DNA of 64,000 bases from Phoronis australis (taxonomy: Eukaryota > Animalia > Phoronida), in contig NMRA01000592.1 in the NCBI GenBank assembly GCA_002633005.1, forward strand, positions 72,855-136,854, read 5' to 3'. This document shows, one piece after another, positions 34,601 to 47,000 of this stretch. The position numbers and the translations under genes are program-made. The notes below the pieces were generated by a model, which worked only from the letters and a program-made list of their open reading frames with translations, ran no database searches and was not told the DNA's origin. Position 1 is the stretch's first letter. Every line of letters begins with the position of its first letter.

Positions 34601-37600
34601 CAATTCGAAAACTAAATGCTCCATATTTTCAACAGTATATTAGAAACATATGCAGAACAGATTCTTAAGGTTACATGGAACCTTAATGACAGGTAGGAGT
34701 ATTAAGCCAAATATCTACAAAAGTATAGGCTTCAACTCAGTAATACTATTTCTCGTAATCTGTTTTGCCCGGGGTACACCATGAGCTATGTTGCAGAGTA
34801 AAACAAGATGAGGATTGCGAATAATGTCATTTATTATGACGTCAGAAGAAAGAACTACACAAGACTCTGCAAGATGGGTATGGAAAAAATGCCCACCGGC
34901 GTGTACGATGAATCGCCCTGAAAGATGGAACCAAAACAAAAGAAGTGCCTGAAGGGCTTAAAGAAAAAGTACAGAACATAAATACAAAACTTGAAAATAC
35001 CTAACGGGTGAACAGATATCCGGGATGGGGGGTGGGAAAAAATGCAGAGAACGAAGTACGTAGGTCTTGTGGACGACGAGGTAGGTGGGTAAATGAGCTA
35101 GACCACCTCGAACTGAACAAAGGAAATACGGGTGACCAATCAGGTGTCGCGTAGAAAAAGGTATGAATACAAAAGTAGACCCTTGAGGCTATAAATAGAG
35201 ATGAGTAATGAAAAATAGACCCTAAGAGTTGATTTAATTTATTTTCTGAAAGTAGAAAGCCTGTAGAGTTTGATTTTTGACTTTTTACCAATTTGTTATT
35301 AATTGGGTCACATGACCTTATCTTTTTAGGAAACTGTTAATTAAAAAAAGAAAGAAACATTGATAACACAAGAACATTATCATTAAAATCATATTTGATA
35401 TCAATGTTCAGGTGAGATCTAAAAACAGTAAATATCATTTCATTCAATTTTTTTCATGAGTCATAAAATCATATTTAAGTTGGCTACTCAAAAAAAGAAA
35501 AGTTACAAATTACTCCATATTCATTTGGTGGAAAATATCTAACTATTAAATAAAATGTTCCACAGGGGAGCAAATATTTTCAATGTTACCTTCACTAAAA
35601 ATACAAATGTTTTTTAAGAGAGTTCTTTGAGCAACAATAGATAACTGATGTAAATCGCTCAGTAAAATACCATCATCTTGTCATGTTAACATTGACTTCA
35701 GTCTACTGAGCAGACGTAACGTAAACATGAGATGCTGGCTACTTAGGTCACTTTTTCGTTATTGCTAAGTGCCATGGGAACAGTAACAAGCGCTGAAAAA
35801 GTCTTCCAAGCACATCCAGGCATTTGTATGTTTAGTAAAGGCAACACCAAAATTGGTTACTTTCCCCTTTAACAAAATCTCCAAATGATATCATGACTAC
35901 AATAAGCACTCTTCTAGTCAGCACACAAAATGGCGGACAAGTGTTGCCTGAATTTCAATATGTTGAATACCTGCGAAGTAGCCATGGCCACCACAAGCCT
36001 CACGCGACTCTTGTATTGCGTCACGTGCAAGCCAACCACAGAGGGGCTTACCAGCGCAGGACAAAGCATGGATCTCTCTACCAAGATCAGCCTACAACAC
36101 AATGGTATTGACATGCATTGAATGAATGAATGAATGACAACACTCTGCTATTGACCAAACAAAGTTTTGTGACCAAACGAACTATGAAAGTTACATTAAG
36201 TGAAAAGTTGAAGTCAGGCATTACAATAGAGCCAGGCTGGTGAAGTAACCTGCATTACCATAACTGTAGCTATGTGGGGGTGTATATAGAATCACAAGGC
36301 TTTAGACACTGAACGCGTCTTCAGCTGCAACAGTAACCACCCATCAAGTGATTGAGTCTGCCCATTTAATCATATGCCAACTGTAGCCATTATTACTACA
36401 TTTTATACAATTTGTATACCAAGTCAGTGCCGACCCACCTGTCTTTCAGAGTTGTCTCCCTGCATCATGCCAAGACGGAACTCCACAAAGTTCATGAAGA
36501 ATGTTTTGCAGAAGTGATCCAAGACAAATGTAGATGCAACATACGGTATGAGGCGCCATTGCTGGAAAAAAATTTACAACACATGAAATTATTCAAAAAT
36601 AAGAACAAAAGTTCTCTTCGGAATTCACGTCAAGGGATGTAACAAATCCTGGTGGATGCCTGTTGTGCATTCCGTACATGCAAGAGCCTCACAAAAATGC
36701 AATTGAGAGATATCGACATGTATTACAAGCAAAGCAATGTGATCACACTAGCATCCTTAGTGAGTTGAGATGAACCCCAAAATTGATTATTGTGTGAATC
36801 AAAATGGACCCACTTGCAAACTCTACAAGTCACAAAAGACATTGTAGTAGAAGCCACATTTTCTGGAAATCACCAATGCCTCATTGTAACTAACCTGCAG
36901 CTGATATTCAAGTACAGGCTGTTCTGGCTTTCCTGGAGGACCAAACTGACACCTTGCAGCAGAGTAGCGAACCGATATTGGCAAGGCAGTCTTCATATTA
37001 GTCACACACATTCCCATAATTCCCACTCTTCCTCCAGACAAAGCACCAAGTGAAGCACCAAATCTTTTGTTGGGGTCCTACATAACAAATGGGCTATAAC
37101 AGTATAATGGCTCAGTAGTAACCATGGTTGGATGCTAATTTAAAAGTAGCATTTATTTTGTAAACTAGTGACAGAAACAGCCACAGCTAGACATGTGTAA
37201 GAATATTTATTAAAGGACAGTGAAAAAAGAATTAGAACCAAAACACATAAAGTAAAATGATAAGCGTCGGTGCTCAATTAAATTATTCTCCATGTTTTGA
37301 GTGGTACGCTATTTATCAAGGGCATCTGTGCCATGCCCTTGATAAAGAGCATACCGCTTAAAACATGGGGAACACTTCAATATATTTTACAGTAGTACCA
37401 ACACTCATCGTTTTACTTTTATAATTTTATATTCTTATCCATCAGTAACTGTACGGCATTCCAGCATCAATTTTATTTATTTATAAGTTACCTTAAATGG
37501 TGTAATGTATTGACCACTGGGAGTAACATCCGCAGTTTTATTTAACAAGTTTTCCCGCGGAATTCTGACGTGATGGAACGCTACAAACCTGTAAATTAAA

Positions 37601-40600
37601 GCAAACGAAAATAATTGCCATGAATTTTAATAAGTGGTTGTGAAAAGCTAGATGAAAGAAACCTTTACAACAACGAAGCATAATTATCTGAAAATTATCA
37701 CTCGATAGATTTCCCAAAAATATCATACAATATGAGACAAGACATAGTTCCAATATTTCTGCTGCGACCACTCAACTGAAATCTCCTTGGTGTAAAATAT
37801 GCACAAAAACATTTTCAAAGATGCAGAGGAAAACATAAGAAACTAAAATTGCCACTAAAGGGCACGCTGGTGGTTGGATACATCTGAAATTCAAAACCTG
37901 TTGTCACGTTTGTAGAAACCCACTTGCCCATTTTCACAAAGATCCTGCACAGGGTTTAGGAGATACAGTAGTGTACACTGGACAGGTGTTGGATAGAGAT
38001 GATAGCAGTATGCCACCATATATATTTGTAGGCATATAAAAAAAGCGAAAGCAATCTTTACTTGAAACAAAAGTCCCTCATTAACTTTCAAATACATTTT
38101 TCAGCTGCACCAGTTTTTATTTCCCTTGTCCTCTGACACTATTCATAGGCGTATTTATGGGGGGGCCCAGGGGGCCCGGGCCCCCCCTTGGCTGCCGAAA
38201 AAAATAAAACAGCAAGAGTGTAGGGAAATGTTGAGTTTATTAATTAACCCTGGTAATTAAAATTATACGGATGAAACAAGATTTAAATGTGTACAGTTTT
38301 AGTGTTGGGGGGAGGGGGCTCAGATCCAATTTCAAGTGTCAAATTCGGAGCACGGTGCATTCGTAACGGAACTATGGCTAAGTATAAGCTCTCCCGTGAT
38401 ATCCCAGGCGACCGGCAGTGGCAATGCGCACTACGACTCCGTTTCCGTCGTCTGCTCTACTGTGCAATGAAGAAAATTTACTTTATTTTTAAAGAAAATG
38501 GAACCTGAGTGACGATGAAAAAACCAGAAGCTGCTGGTAAGATGTGAATTTTAATCGAAGCCTTAGTGAATCACTCAGAAACTCATAATTCTCTCTTTGT
38601 CAAACCTTAACTTAAGACGATTTCCAAAACCAATCCCGTCATTATTGCCAACAAGAAAAAAGAAAAACGGATTTGGACTTTTGGGCATTTGAAGACTATT
38701 TTAAATACAACAAATTTGTTAAGAACTGATTGCACAAAATATGAAACATGTAATAAGCATTACAAAAAGAAGTAGGTTTCGCGCGCAAATGCTGTGTACC
38801 ATAAATGAGTAGGTCTCTTACTTAAAGATTAGTAGTAAAGTCGTGGTGGTGTAGTGGTAAAGCACGCGCGCTCTATCCGCCCGGTCGTGAGTTCGAGTCT
38901 CTGGAACTGATAGTTTTTCCTGTTTGACACGTTCTCAGCGTTTTTATTTTGCCTTTTTTTCTTGGATAATACTTCAGGAATTAAGGAAAATGCTTGATTT
39001 TTAGAGGAAAAAAGAGAAAAATTTCCAGGACGCATCTACAATCGTGGTTTGCACAAATGCTTACAACCGGACAAAATGTTGGGCCCCCCTTGTGATATCC
39101 TAGATCCGCCACTGCTATCTACTCAACAATAGAAAGGTGACAAAATGGTCTAACAAAAGACCCACATCTTATGTCTGTCATTAACGTCACTTTTCTATTG
39201 TTGCATGCATAGTTATAGATGGAAAGGGAAACTTTTAGAAGACCTAATTAATGCTGAAAAATAGATAAAAATGATTACACTAAGGTCAACAAATTTGAGC
39301 ACCTTGGCGTAAACTATTAGCAAATTCTGAAGCGTCCTTAAGATATCATGCTAACAACATTTTGCAAGTCAATTTAATTTTCTTAATAATGTGATCTTTA
39401 AAAAACATCAAAGTCACCGCCTGGCATCTGGAAATGTCACACCTACACCTTGATGCAAAATACGAAGATCTTAAATTTTTCACAAGATATCGCATCATTT
39501 CCTAATCAACATCTTAAAGTTTTGGTTATGACCATGAAAATGAGGTTGAGATCATCAAGTTTGACTGCTGCTTGGAGATATCCCACCTCCACACTAGTGC
39601 AAAGTATGAACAAAATCTTGAGATATCGCAATGTCGAAATCTTCCCGTCACAACTTTGAAAATGATGTCAAAGTCACCAAATTCAGTTGGCATTGGGAAA
39701 GACCTACCTTTTCATTAGAACAAAATATGAACAAAATCTGATTAGTAGTTACAACTAAGATGTTGCACCAACTTAATGGAAGTATGGGAGAGAGTAGTGT
39801 GTTTCAGCAAATAATCTAATACAAAAGAGCACTTGTGTTCTAAAACGTGAATAACAAAGACTTGATCAAACCAATTGTTTTATGCAGGTCTCCTGTTATA
39901 TCATATTTCTCACTTATATTTAACTATAGTAGCGAATTAAGGCTTCATGCTTGTACTGACCCATTATCAATACCATCCAATCCAATCTTGGGGCCCATGT
40001 CACCAACCATAACACCAGGTAGAACCAGTAGTGTCTTTGTGTCTCTCACTTGAACAACAAATGAATGCAGTCCATGACACTTGCCATCTGGCGTGTACAG
40101 CTGTGCATAAACAACACAATGTGTGGCCGTCTTGCCGAGATTTCCCACCCAGATTTTTGTAGCCTCAAAGTCAGGTGTGTTGATGACAAACTCCTGCACG
40201 GCATATTAACAGATCCTTAATAGCAACAAATTTCAAACTAAAAACACATGCAGGTCACAAAAGTGCAATGGGCAAACTTGTTAAAAAAACTAACAAAAAT
40301 TTAAAATTAAGTCTTAGTTAATAGAAAGAACCATGCTTTGGTTAGATAAAAATGATGCAAAACATAGAGCTTGAATTCTGAATCCAACTTGCAAAGAAAC
40401 AAGCCTTTGAACAGTTGATAAATAGAGTACAGACCTGAGTGTGGACATCATACGTGGCCGTGGTCCTCATGCCTCTAGTGTTACTGCCGTGGCTGAGTTC
40501 AGTGAGTGCAAAGCAACCAAACAGCTGTAAGCATCAACCACATCTTAACAACAATACGTGGCAGTAATGACATATCATAATTGTGAAAAGGTAAATTCAA

Positions 40601-42177
40601 TTTGTAAAGATTACAATTATACTTGATATGGGTGAAGAGAATATTGTGGGCAATACCAATCCCAGCTGTGAACTGTCCTTTGCTAACTGGACTTTTCAAT
40701 TCACCACCACTGCTTTAAAAGTTTTATGAATGACCAATGTGAATGCAGTTTGAATAACAGGTCTCATTAGTGCAGTTCCCATGTGAAACTTTTTGCACTA
40801 AGATACAAATTTGCTAGGATTCTGAGTTCCACCAAATTTAGCTGGATTACTCCTGGTAAAATTATTCATGACCTATCTAGTTTTGTTGATTAAATTAAAA
40901 TTCTGATCATTATCTGCATTATAAAACCACTGGCACTGGCGCATGACTGTGTAGTGTCAGTCTTTGCCAACAGAGGTGACACAACTTTCCGCTATTCGTG
41001 AAGCCTTTGGGAACATGGCCATTTGTGGAATTAATCCTATGTATTTTTTCCAAGTTCTAGGATTTCAAAATACATGGGAATGGCACTATTAAGATTGACC
41101 TGAAAAATACAAAACATTACGACACTCAATACTCCAGGCAACAACCAGTACTGACTTCACACCGGGTTTGAACAGACTACTCCCATAACTGACTGCTAAA
41201 CCTGCATTAACTGCTAATACAATTACCATCACCAAAACTTACCTCCATATTGTTACTGTTGTCAACTAACCGCTGATGCCTCTTGCTACCAGATCCACTG
41301 ACTGTACCTCCAAACATCTGAGAACAGAAATAGTAAATAGTTGTACTCGTTCAATGAAAAGACTTTGTGAAGAAAGGGGCCTTGGATAAAGGCCTGCATT
41401 GCATAAGATAGAAGGCATAGCGTAAGAATGTAGTTAAGTGTACTGTGACTGTTTAGTGTAAATTGCTACCAGGTGGAAATTAACTTGTTAGTGGGAATTC
41501 AGCTACTGTGGTTTAAAATCAATGGGTCTTAACTGCATACACAGCATAATAGGGAGTATCATTGCTGCATTGACATGAATAGGGGGTGACAATGAATTTT
41601 GCATAGAGTAAAATACTCAGAAATTCCCAAAACTCACCTGCCTGTGAAGTAAATACTTAGCAGAGCAACCCCAGTCAAATGCTCCTAAGACCAAAGGGAG
41701 TTGACTAGCTTTAAGAGGGTTCTCATACACTTGTTCATCAGGAAGGAAGTCATACTCATGGAAACGACGGGTTCTCAGTGACGACAACTCTCTCGTTTTG
41801 TCTAAGGACTGTTCACCGTAAGATGGTGAAAAGAGAGGGTCACTTTTTAAGGATTTCCATATCTGGTACTGTAAAGACAAAAGCCTTATCAATTAAAGAT
41901 AGCAACAAGGCTGTAAACCTTAGAAAGTGGCAATTTCAGCAATCAGTTATGTTTGATACCAAACAATAATTACTTTACATTTGAGTTTGTTTACACAATG
42001 CCTAATTTCAAAATTTACCTTCCATATTAGGATATCTTCACCTTCTAGGAAAAGCTTAAGTTTCTTCCAGTCAAATGAACTTTTTTTCCGGTATCTGTCC
42101 AGAGGACCAGGAGGAAAATCTTTCAGAATGTCTGCTAGAAGTTCACTCTTCTCAGTCCTTGCAGCAGATGTCTGCAT
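28658..42177 (-). CDS. ACOX3: Peroxisomal acyl-CoA oxidase 3 (pristanoyl-CoA oxidase-like), about 706 aa
   Basis: Coding exons on the minus strand: 42177-42019, 41868-41638, 41317-41243, 40524-40435, 40193-39961, 37588-37492, 37077-36895, 36561-36439, 36091-35971, 34578-34342, 32955-32801, 31799-31661, 29769-29615, 28780-28658. Total 2121 nt, phases consistent. Motifs: [57 protein letters not shown], catalytic TYEGDNNV; C-terminus RPKSHL*. Confidence 0.96.
29790..30110. repeat. Degenerate AT-rich tandem repeat next to an ACOX3 acceptor
   Basis: Recurring ATTGATTTACAAACAGATATGAAAT-like units immediately intronic to the acceptor at 29770. Confidence 0.7.
32416..32814 (-). repeat. 37-bp tandem array (~10 copies) copying an ACOX3 exon end and donor
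   Basis: Minus-strand unit TTGTCTATATCGAG|GTAGTATTTACAGGGTATCTCAG. Confidence 0.92.
37247..37422. mobile_element. Short palindromic (foldback) MITE-like element
   Basis: Arms ATAAAGTAAAATGAT..CCATGTTTTGAGTGGTACGCTATTTATCAAGGGCAT and ATGCCCTTGATAAAGAGCATACCGCTTAAAACATGG..ATCGTTTTACTTTTAT. Confidence 0.65.
38144..39114. mobile_element. hAT-like MITE with G/C-run subterminal motifs
   Basis: Left end CATAGGCGTATTTATGGGGGGGCCCAGGGGGCCCGGGCCCCCCCTTG; right end GGGCCCCCCTTGTGATATCCTAGATCCGCCACTG. No clean TSD found. Confidence 0.5.
38840..38908 (+). other. Degenerate tRNA-derived sequence (SINE-head-like) inside the MITE
   Basis: A-box-like TGGTGTAGTGG and B-box-like GAGTTCGAGTC. It does not fold into a complete cloverleaf. 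Confidence 0.4.
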
Positions 42178-42384
42178 ACTGATGGTAGTGTGGATGCTAC
42201 AATATAAACAAACGAGCTTACAGATTAGGTGGTCTGGTCATAGGTGTGACACCTAAACTTCTACATACTCACCAGTGTACAAGAAAAACCAGTCATGTCT
42301 TTCAACATAAGTTGCGACAAGAAGAGTGAATCTGTGGTGACTTTTGTCACTGCATCAGTGGTGCAAACAGAAAAAAGGCTACAT

Positions 42385-42740
42385 TCGGATGAACCAGTAG
42401 CATGCACTAGGTTTTAGACGAACTGGTCAGCATGTACTAGGTTTTGTATGAATGGATTTTACTAAAGATGTACCAGAATTTAGATGAATGGGTTAACATG
42501 TACTAGGTCTTTGATGAATAGGTCAGCATGGATCAGGTTTTGAACAAATGGGTCAGGTTTACTGCAGTCAGCAACTCAGCATGTTCCATGATTTCAACAA
42601 ATGAGTCAGCATGTACCAGATTTAAATGAATAAGTTAAAGCATGTATCAGGTTTTAGATGAATTTCGGAGTCAGCATGTACCACGTTCTTGACAAACGAG
42701 TCAGTATACACTAGGTTTTAAATAAATTGGTCAGCATTTT
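42385..42740. repeat. Degenerate ~30-35-bp tandem repeat in ACOX3 intron 1
   Basis: Recurring GTCAGCATGTACTAGGTTTTAGATGAA-like units. Confidence 0.75.
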
Positions 42741-43662
42741 GACCTTATTGTTTTTTTATTTTTAGTTCCCAGAGTTGGCCTAGTGTTAAGTGCCTTTGAA
42801 GTCACACTGCCATCCACATATGTTGCATATTAAACTCGTATATTACATTCACATCCGATACTATTAAAAATCAAACAAAATGGTGAAACGTAATGATCAT
42901 AGTGAATTTCTTTTGCTTAATTGTGCTTATTAAATCCATAGGTAGCCAATGATAATGATTGAACCAAGTGTATATTCAACTGATTGGGAAGTCTACTACA
43001 AGCCAAGGGATACCACCTGTCGCGGGCAGTGTTAAAATGGCGAGTTTCCGATTTTGGGAACTGAACAAAGGACTGCTCGAAGAACAAGTTTGATAATGGG
43101 AGCATTTCATCGAGTTGGAAGGAATTAAATACATCAAAGGCCTCCTAAAAGTCCCTCTATGTGCAAAAGGTATTTATAACGTGACTTTGATGTTTTAGTC
43201 AGTGTGAGGCATAATTCGCCGAAAAGGTTCCGGCGTATGAAGCGTCTATAGGAGCAAATTCCCTTGATACCTTTACCACCACACTGACAACACAGGTCAC
43301 GACAGGTGAAGTCACAAGGTTGTCTCTCATACGGGTCCTCGACTCTTGGAACATTTACCATCACCAGCCACGCACGCTGTCCAAGGTCCGCGGGTATTCA
43401 GTTGGCAGTGCTTCATTGGTAGATCATCCATTTGCCGACTACTAGTATGCCATTTGTAGTAACTAATAGCAGAGATTACTTGACCCGAGAATCGAACCAG
43501 CAACCCTCATAAAACCGAGGAGTGTGCTAACCAATAACTGAATAAGTCATCAAAAGTTTATGACTTTAGAAATGTCAACAGACTTACACTGCTTAAAGCA
43601 ACTGTCGAAACGACCAGCTATGAAAGCTTTCTGTCTCTTACTATCAAGCGGCTGAAACTTAC

Positions 43663-43750
43663 CTGTAATCATGTACGATGAACGGAGGACAGGGTCCAAG
43701 TTCAAGAACTGAAGCTTCGAAATGTTTGCTCTGGGAGCTTGACCCGGAAA
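43663..43750 (-). other. ACOX3: Putative non-coding first exon of ACOX3
   Basis: Strong minus-strand donor CAG|GTAAGT at 43663/43662. A matching acceptor (TATATTGTAG) lies at 42197, 19 nt before the ATG. The 5' boundary is approximate. Confidence 0.5.
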
Positions 43751-44024
43751 TAAATCCTAGGTCACCAATAATCATCTAAGCGATACAAAGTAGTGAAATA
43801 CAAACACGAAGAGCACAGAACATTAGTAGCGGGTCGTGTTTTGTAAAAAAAATGGTATCAAATTTCTAAAGAGCTTACGATGGAAAATAAGTTGTAGCGT
43901 AAAGTTTTCGGTTGAATCTTTTAGCTAAAATTGTCTGCTAGCTTCCGGTTTTAGTTAACGTGTTTATTGATAAATCTTTGCCTTTGGTTACGGAGGATGC
44001 GATGTGCTCTGGAGTTGAAGAATA
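43740..44024. promoter_or_regulatory. Putative bidirectional promoter shared by ACOX3 (-) and CYB5D2 (+)
   Basis: The two genes diverge across a few hundred bp. Oppositely oriented ETS-like cores are present: CCGGAA near 43744 and TTCCGG near 43943. Confidence 0.5.
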
Positions 44025-47000
44025 ATGGGCTATAAAAGTGTCGGTGCCATAGCTGTTCTTTTGGCAATAAGTATTGCGATAATTTCCCAAAATAATACGA
44101 CAGAATTTCTGGATAAGATTAAGACTGTGTTCTCTGATAGTTTTACTACTGTTCTGGCTTGGTCCACTGCCAGTGGCAGTAGCAGAGGTTCGGATTCTGT
44201 GGACTCCAGTTCCGAAGATGACAACGAGAGAGAGGTTAAGATATTCACCAAAGACGAGTTGTTAAAACACGATGGATCTGGCAGTGATACCTTGATGCTT
44301 GCTGTTTTGGGAAAGGTGTTTGATGTGTCAAAAGGAGCTAGGCACTATGGACCCAATGGAGGATATCATTTCTTTGCAGGTGTTTTACCCAAACATTTGT
44401 TTAAAGTTCGGTGCTTGAAAAAGCTTTGAAATATGGACAAGAGCTGATGAAGGAATTTTGAGCTACTGTTCACGGTTAATAATCTTGACCAAGTTGGACC
44501 AATGGCAATGTTGAAAAACGTACTGGCTCTAAGATTCGAACTGGGTATCTTCAGCATGTGAGACAAGCATCCAAACTGCTCAGCCAAACAGATTGGATGC
44601 TTGCACACTTAAGAATCTCAGTGCCAGTGGGTTTCTAAATGCCTGGTTTTAATCTCTATGTATTGGAAATTGCAGAATTATATAACATTCAAAATGGGTG
44701 CATATTGGTCTCAAGTCTGTGTGTCTGTTGCTGTGTTTCCTAAACCCCTTGCTGGATCTTGAAGATAATTACCTGTACCAGAGTCCTCTTGTTTAGTTTT
44801 ATGCCTCTTTGCGTATCACATTAGATACTGCACAGTTCAATCTCTTTCTTACTGCTTTGTGACATTATGCGCTGCATGATAAAGATATGGTAATTCTTTA
44901 CGTATTTGGCACACAATATTTGGCTAACAAGTGAAATTTAATTTTATCAAAATTCTCCACAAAATATACAAAAAAGTCTATCACTATCATGGTTTGTTCT
45001 GTGTGTGTGTGTGTAGATTTCATAAAATATTGGTCATAAATTTTCCATTACTTTCAGTCAAGAAACCAGTCTTTGAAAACTGACAATTTTGGTGATTATT
45101 TTTGTGCAAAATAAGTGGAGAGTTACTGTAACCTAAGTGTGTTTCCTAGGGCAGTACATTACTTCGGTGAAGACATCCACTGATGCAGTAATTGTTCAAC
45201 TCCACTAATTATGACCTTAGATCAGATTTTCTGGTGCGTAGGCCGCTTAACCATAGTGGGACTTTTTCAAATCTATTGACGAAGTACAGCGTGTTGTGAA
45301 GCAGGAGGGGTTTCTAGTATTGGTAATTTGACAGTGTCATGACATCAAAATTTTAAACAAGAGTAATCCAAAGCATTGATGTGTGCCCAAAGTGCACCGC
45401 AAACATTATGTTTCTAGGGGTGCAATTGGACCATGAGAATTTAAGTAGCACAACCCAGGCACGGGCAGTGTAAAAAGTGGCATTCACTGCCCTCATGATG
45501 CCCAACTCTCTTCTGCCAAATTTTATCAAAGTACGACAAGGGATATCAAGCTGACAACAGGACAAGGCCAGACAAAATGACCAGTAGGTGTTGCAGTAAA
45601 ATGAACGCTTCAGATGAATTGGCAAATTTTTACTTGAGCCATAAGCCATGATTGGTTTCAAGTCTGAGTTGAGTCAGAGTTTGGAAGTTCTGGGGTGTTA
45701 TCAAAGTTTGCACTCCATGAAGTACTGAGTGTGCATTTCGTATGTACAGTTATTACAGTGCATGAAAAGTGCTGAATCATTATAAGGGTTGTTTATAATC
45801 ATCGACTGTAGTTTTTAAAGACAAGTTTTGTATTTTTAGAGAAGCAGGTTGTTACTTCGAAGGATTGTCACTGAAAATTTTGTTTTCGGAGTTTTGGCCC
45901 TTCGGAGTGAAGCTGCAATACAAGATATATTCTGCTTTTTTTTCCAAAAGGCCGATACTGTGAAGGGCCATTGCTTCAAAGGGCTGTTACTTTGAAAGTG
46001 ATACCAAACTATGTTTGCGGGACAGTCCGGCTTTTAAAGGCTTTATTTATGTGTGTGTTTATTTTAAGCTGTGTCCCACCATAAAATTAACCAGTCTCTC
46101 AAAGAAGGTTGCAACAGTGGTAAATGCAAAAATTAATATGTCCCGCTTTAGGAGCTGAACTGTCTTGCTTTTCTGTGTTCGTCAAATGACATGAAATGTT
46201 GGCAACTATGCAAAAATTACAAATAACACATAGTAACTGCCCATAGTAACGGCTCTTAGGAGTAAAGGCCCTTCAAAGTAAAGGTGCTTTGGAGAATGGA
46301 CCTACATATAAGCAACCTGCATTTTGGAACTGTAAGAGTTGAAACTGTACTGAACCAGGTTGAAATAGTTCTATTATGAACCTGGGAACTTTCAAAGATT
46401 GATATTTGCTGTTAGCATTACAGTTAAGGTAGGGAGGCAAACAGAAAACCTCCAACTTACATGCATTGTGGATTTACTGGTTATCTATACTAAACTGATC
46501 AGTTGTGAATGAACTAGCTGTGCAGAGTATCCAGTTTGATTTAACGATCACTGAATTTCTCATAATGAGCTCTCACTTTTTCTTGTTTAATCACATAGAT
46601 CCTATTCACACAGTTGCCTCTTTTTAGGTTAAAAAAAACGATGTATTTGAGTCATAAATATAAGGAGGCATGTGGAATACCACATTTTGCTCTACGATTA
46701 AGTGAGTAATGCATTGGTTTTTAAAACATAAAAGGATGCTCTTTGTAACATGGCAACTGCATGAATAAGGTGTATTTGGGTCTTGTGTTGATTTTTCCAT
46801 GTTGTGCATTTATGTACTTATAGGCAAAGATGCAAGCAGAGCTTTTGTGTCTGGTGATTTTACTGAAGCTGGTTTAACTGATGACGTTGATGGGCTGAGA
46901 GCTCACGAGTACACTGAACTTGATAACTGGCTGAAGTTTTATGAAGCAGATTACACTTATGTAGGTAAGCAAACATGGTGATGTTACAGTGGTGCAGTTG

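Noticed and set aside
38840-38908. Possible tRNA gene (similar motifs on the minus strand near 43480-43540 and 44520-44600)
   Set aside because: Only A/B-box remnants; acceptor and anticodon stems do not pair, so these are SINE-like relics.
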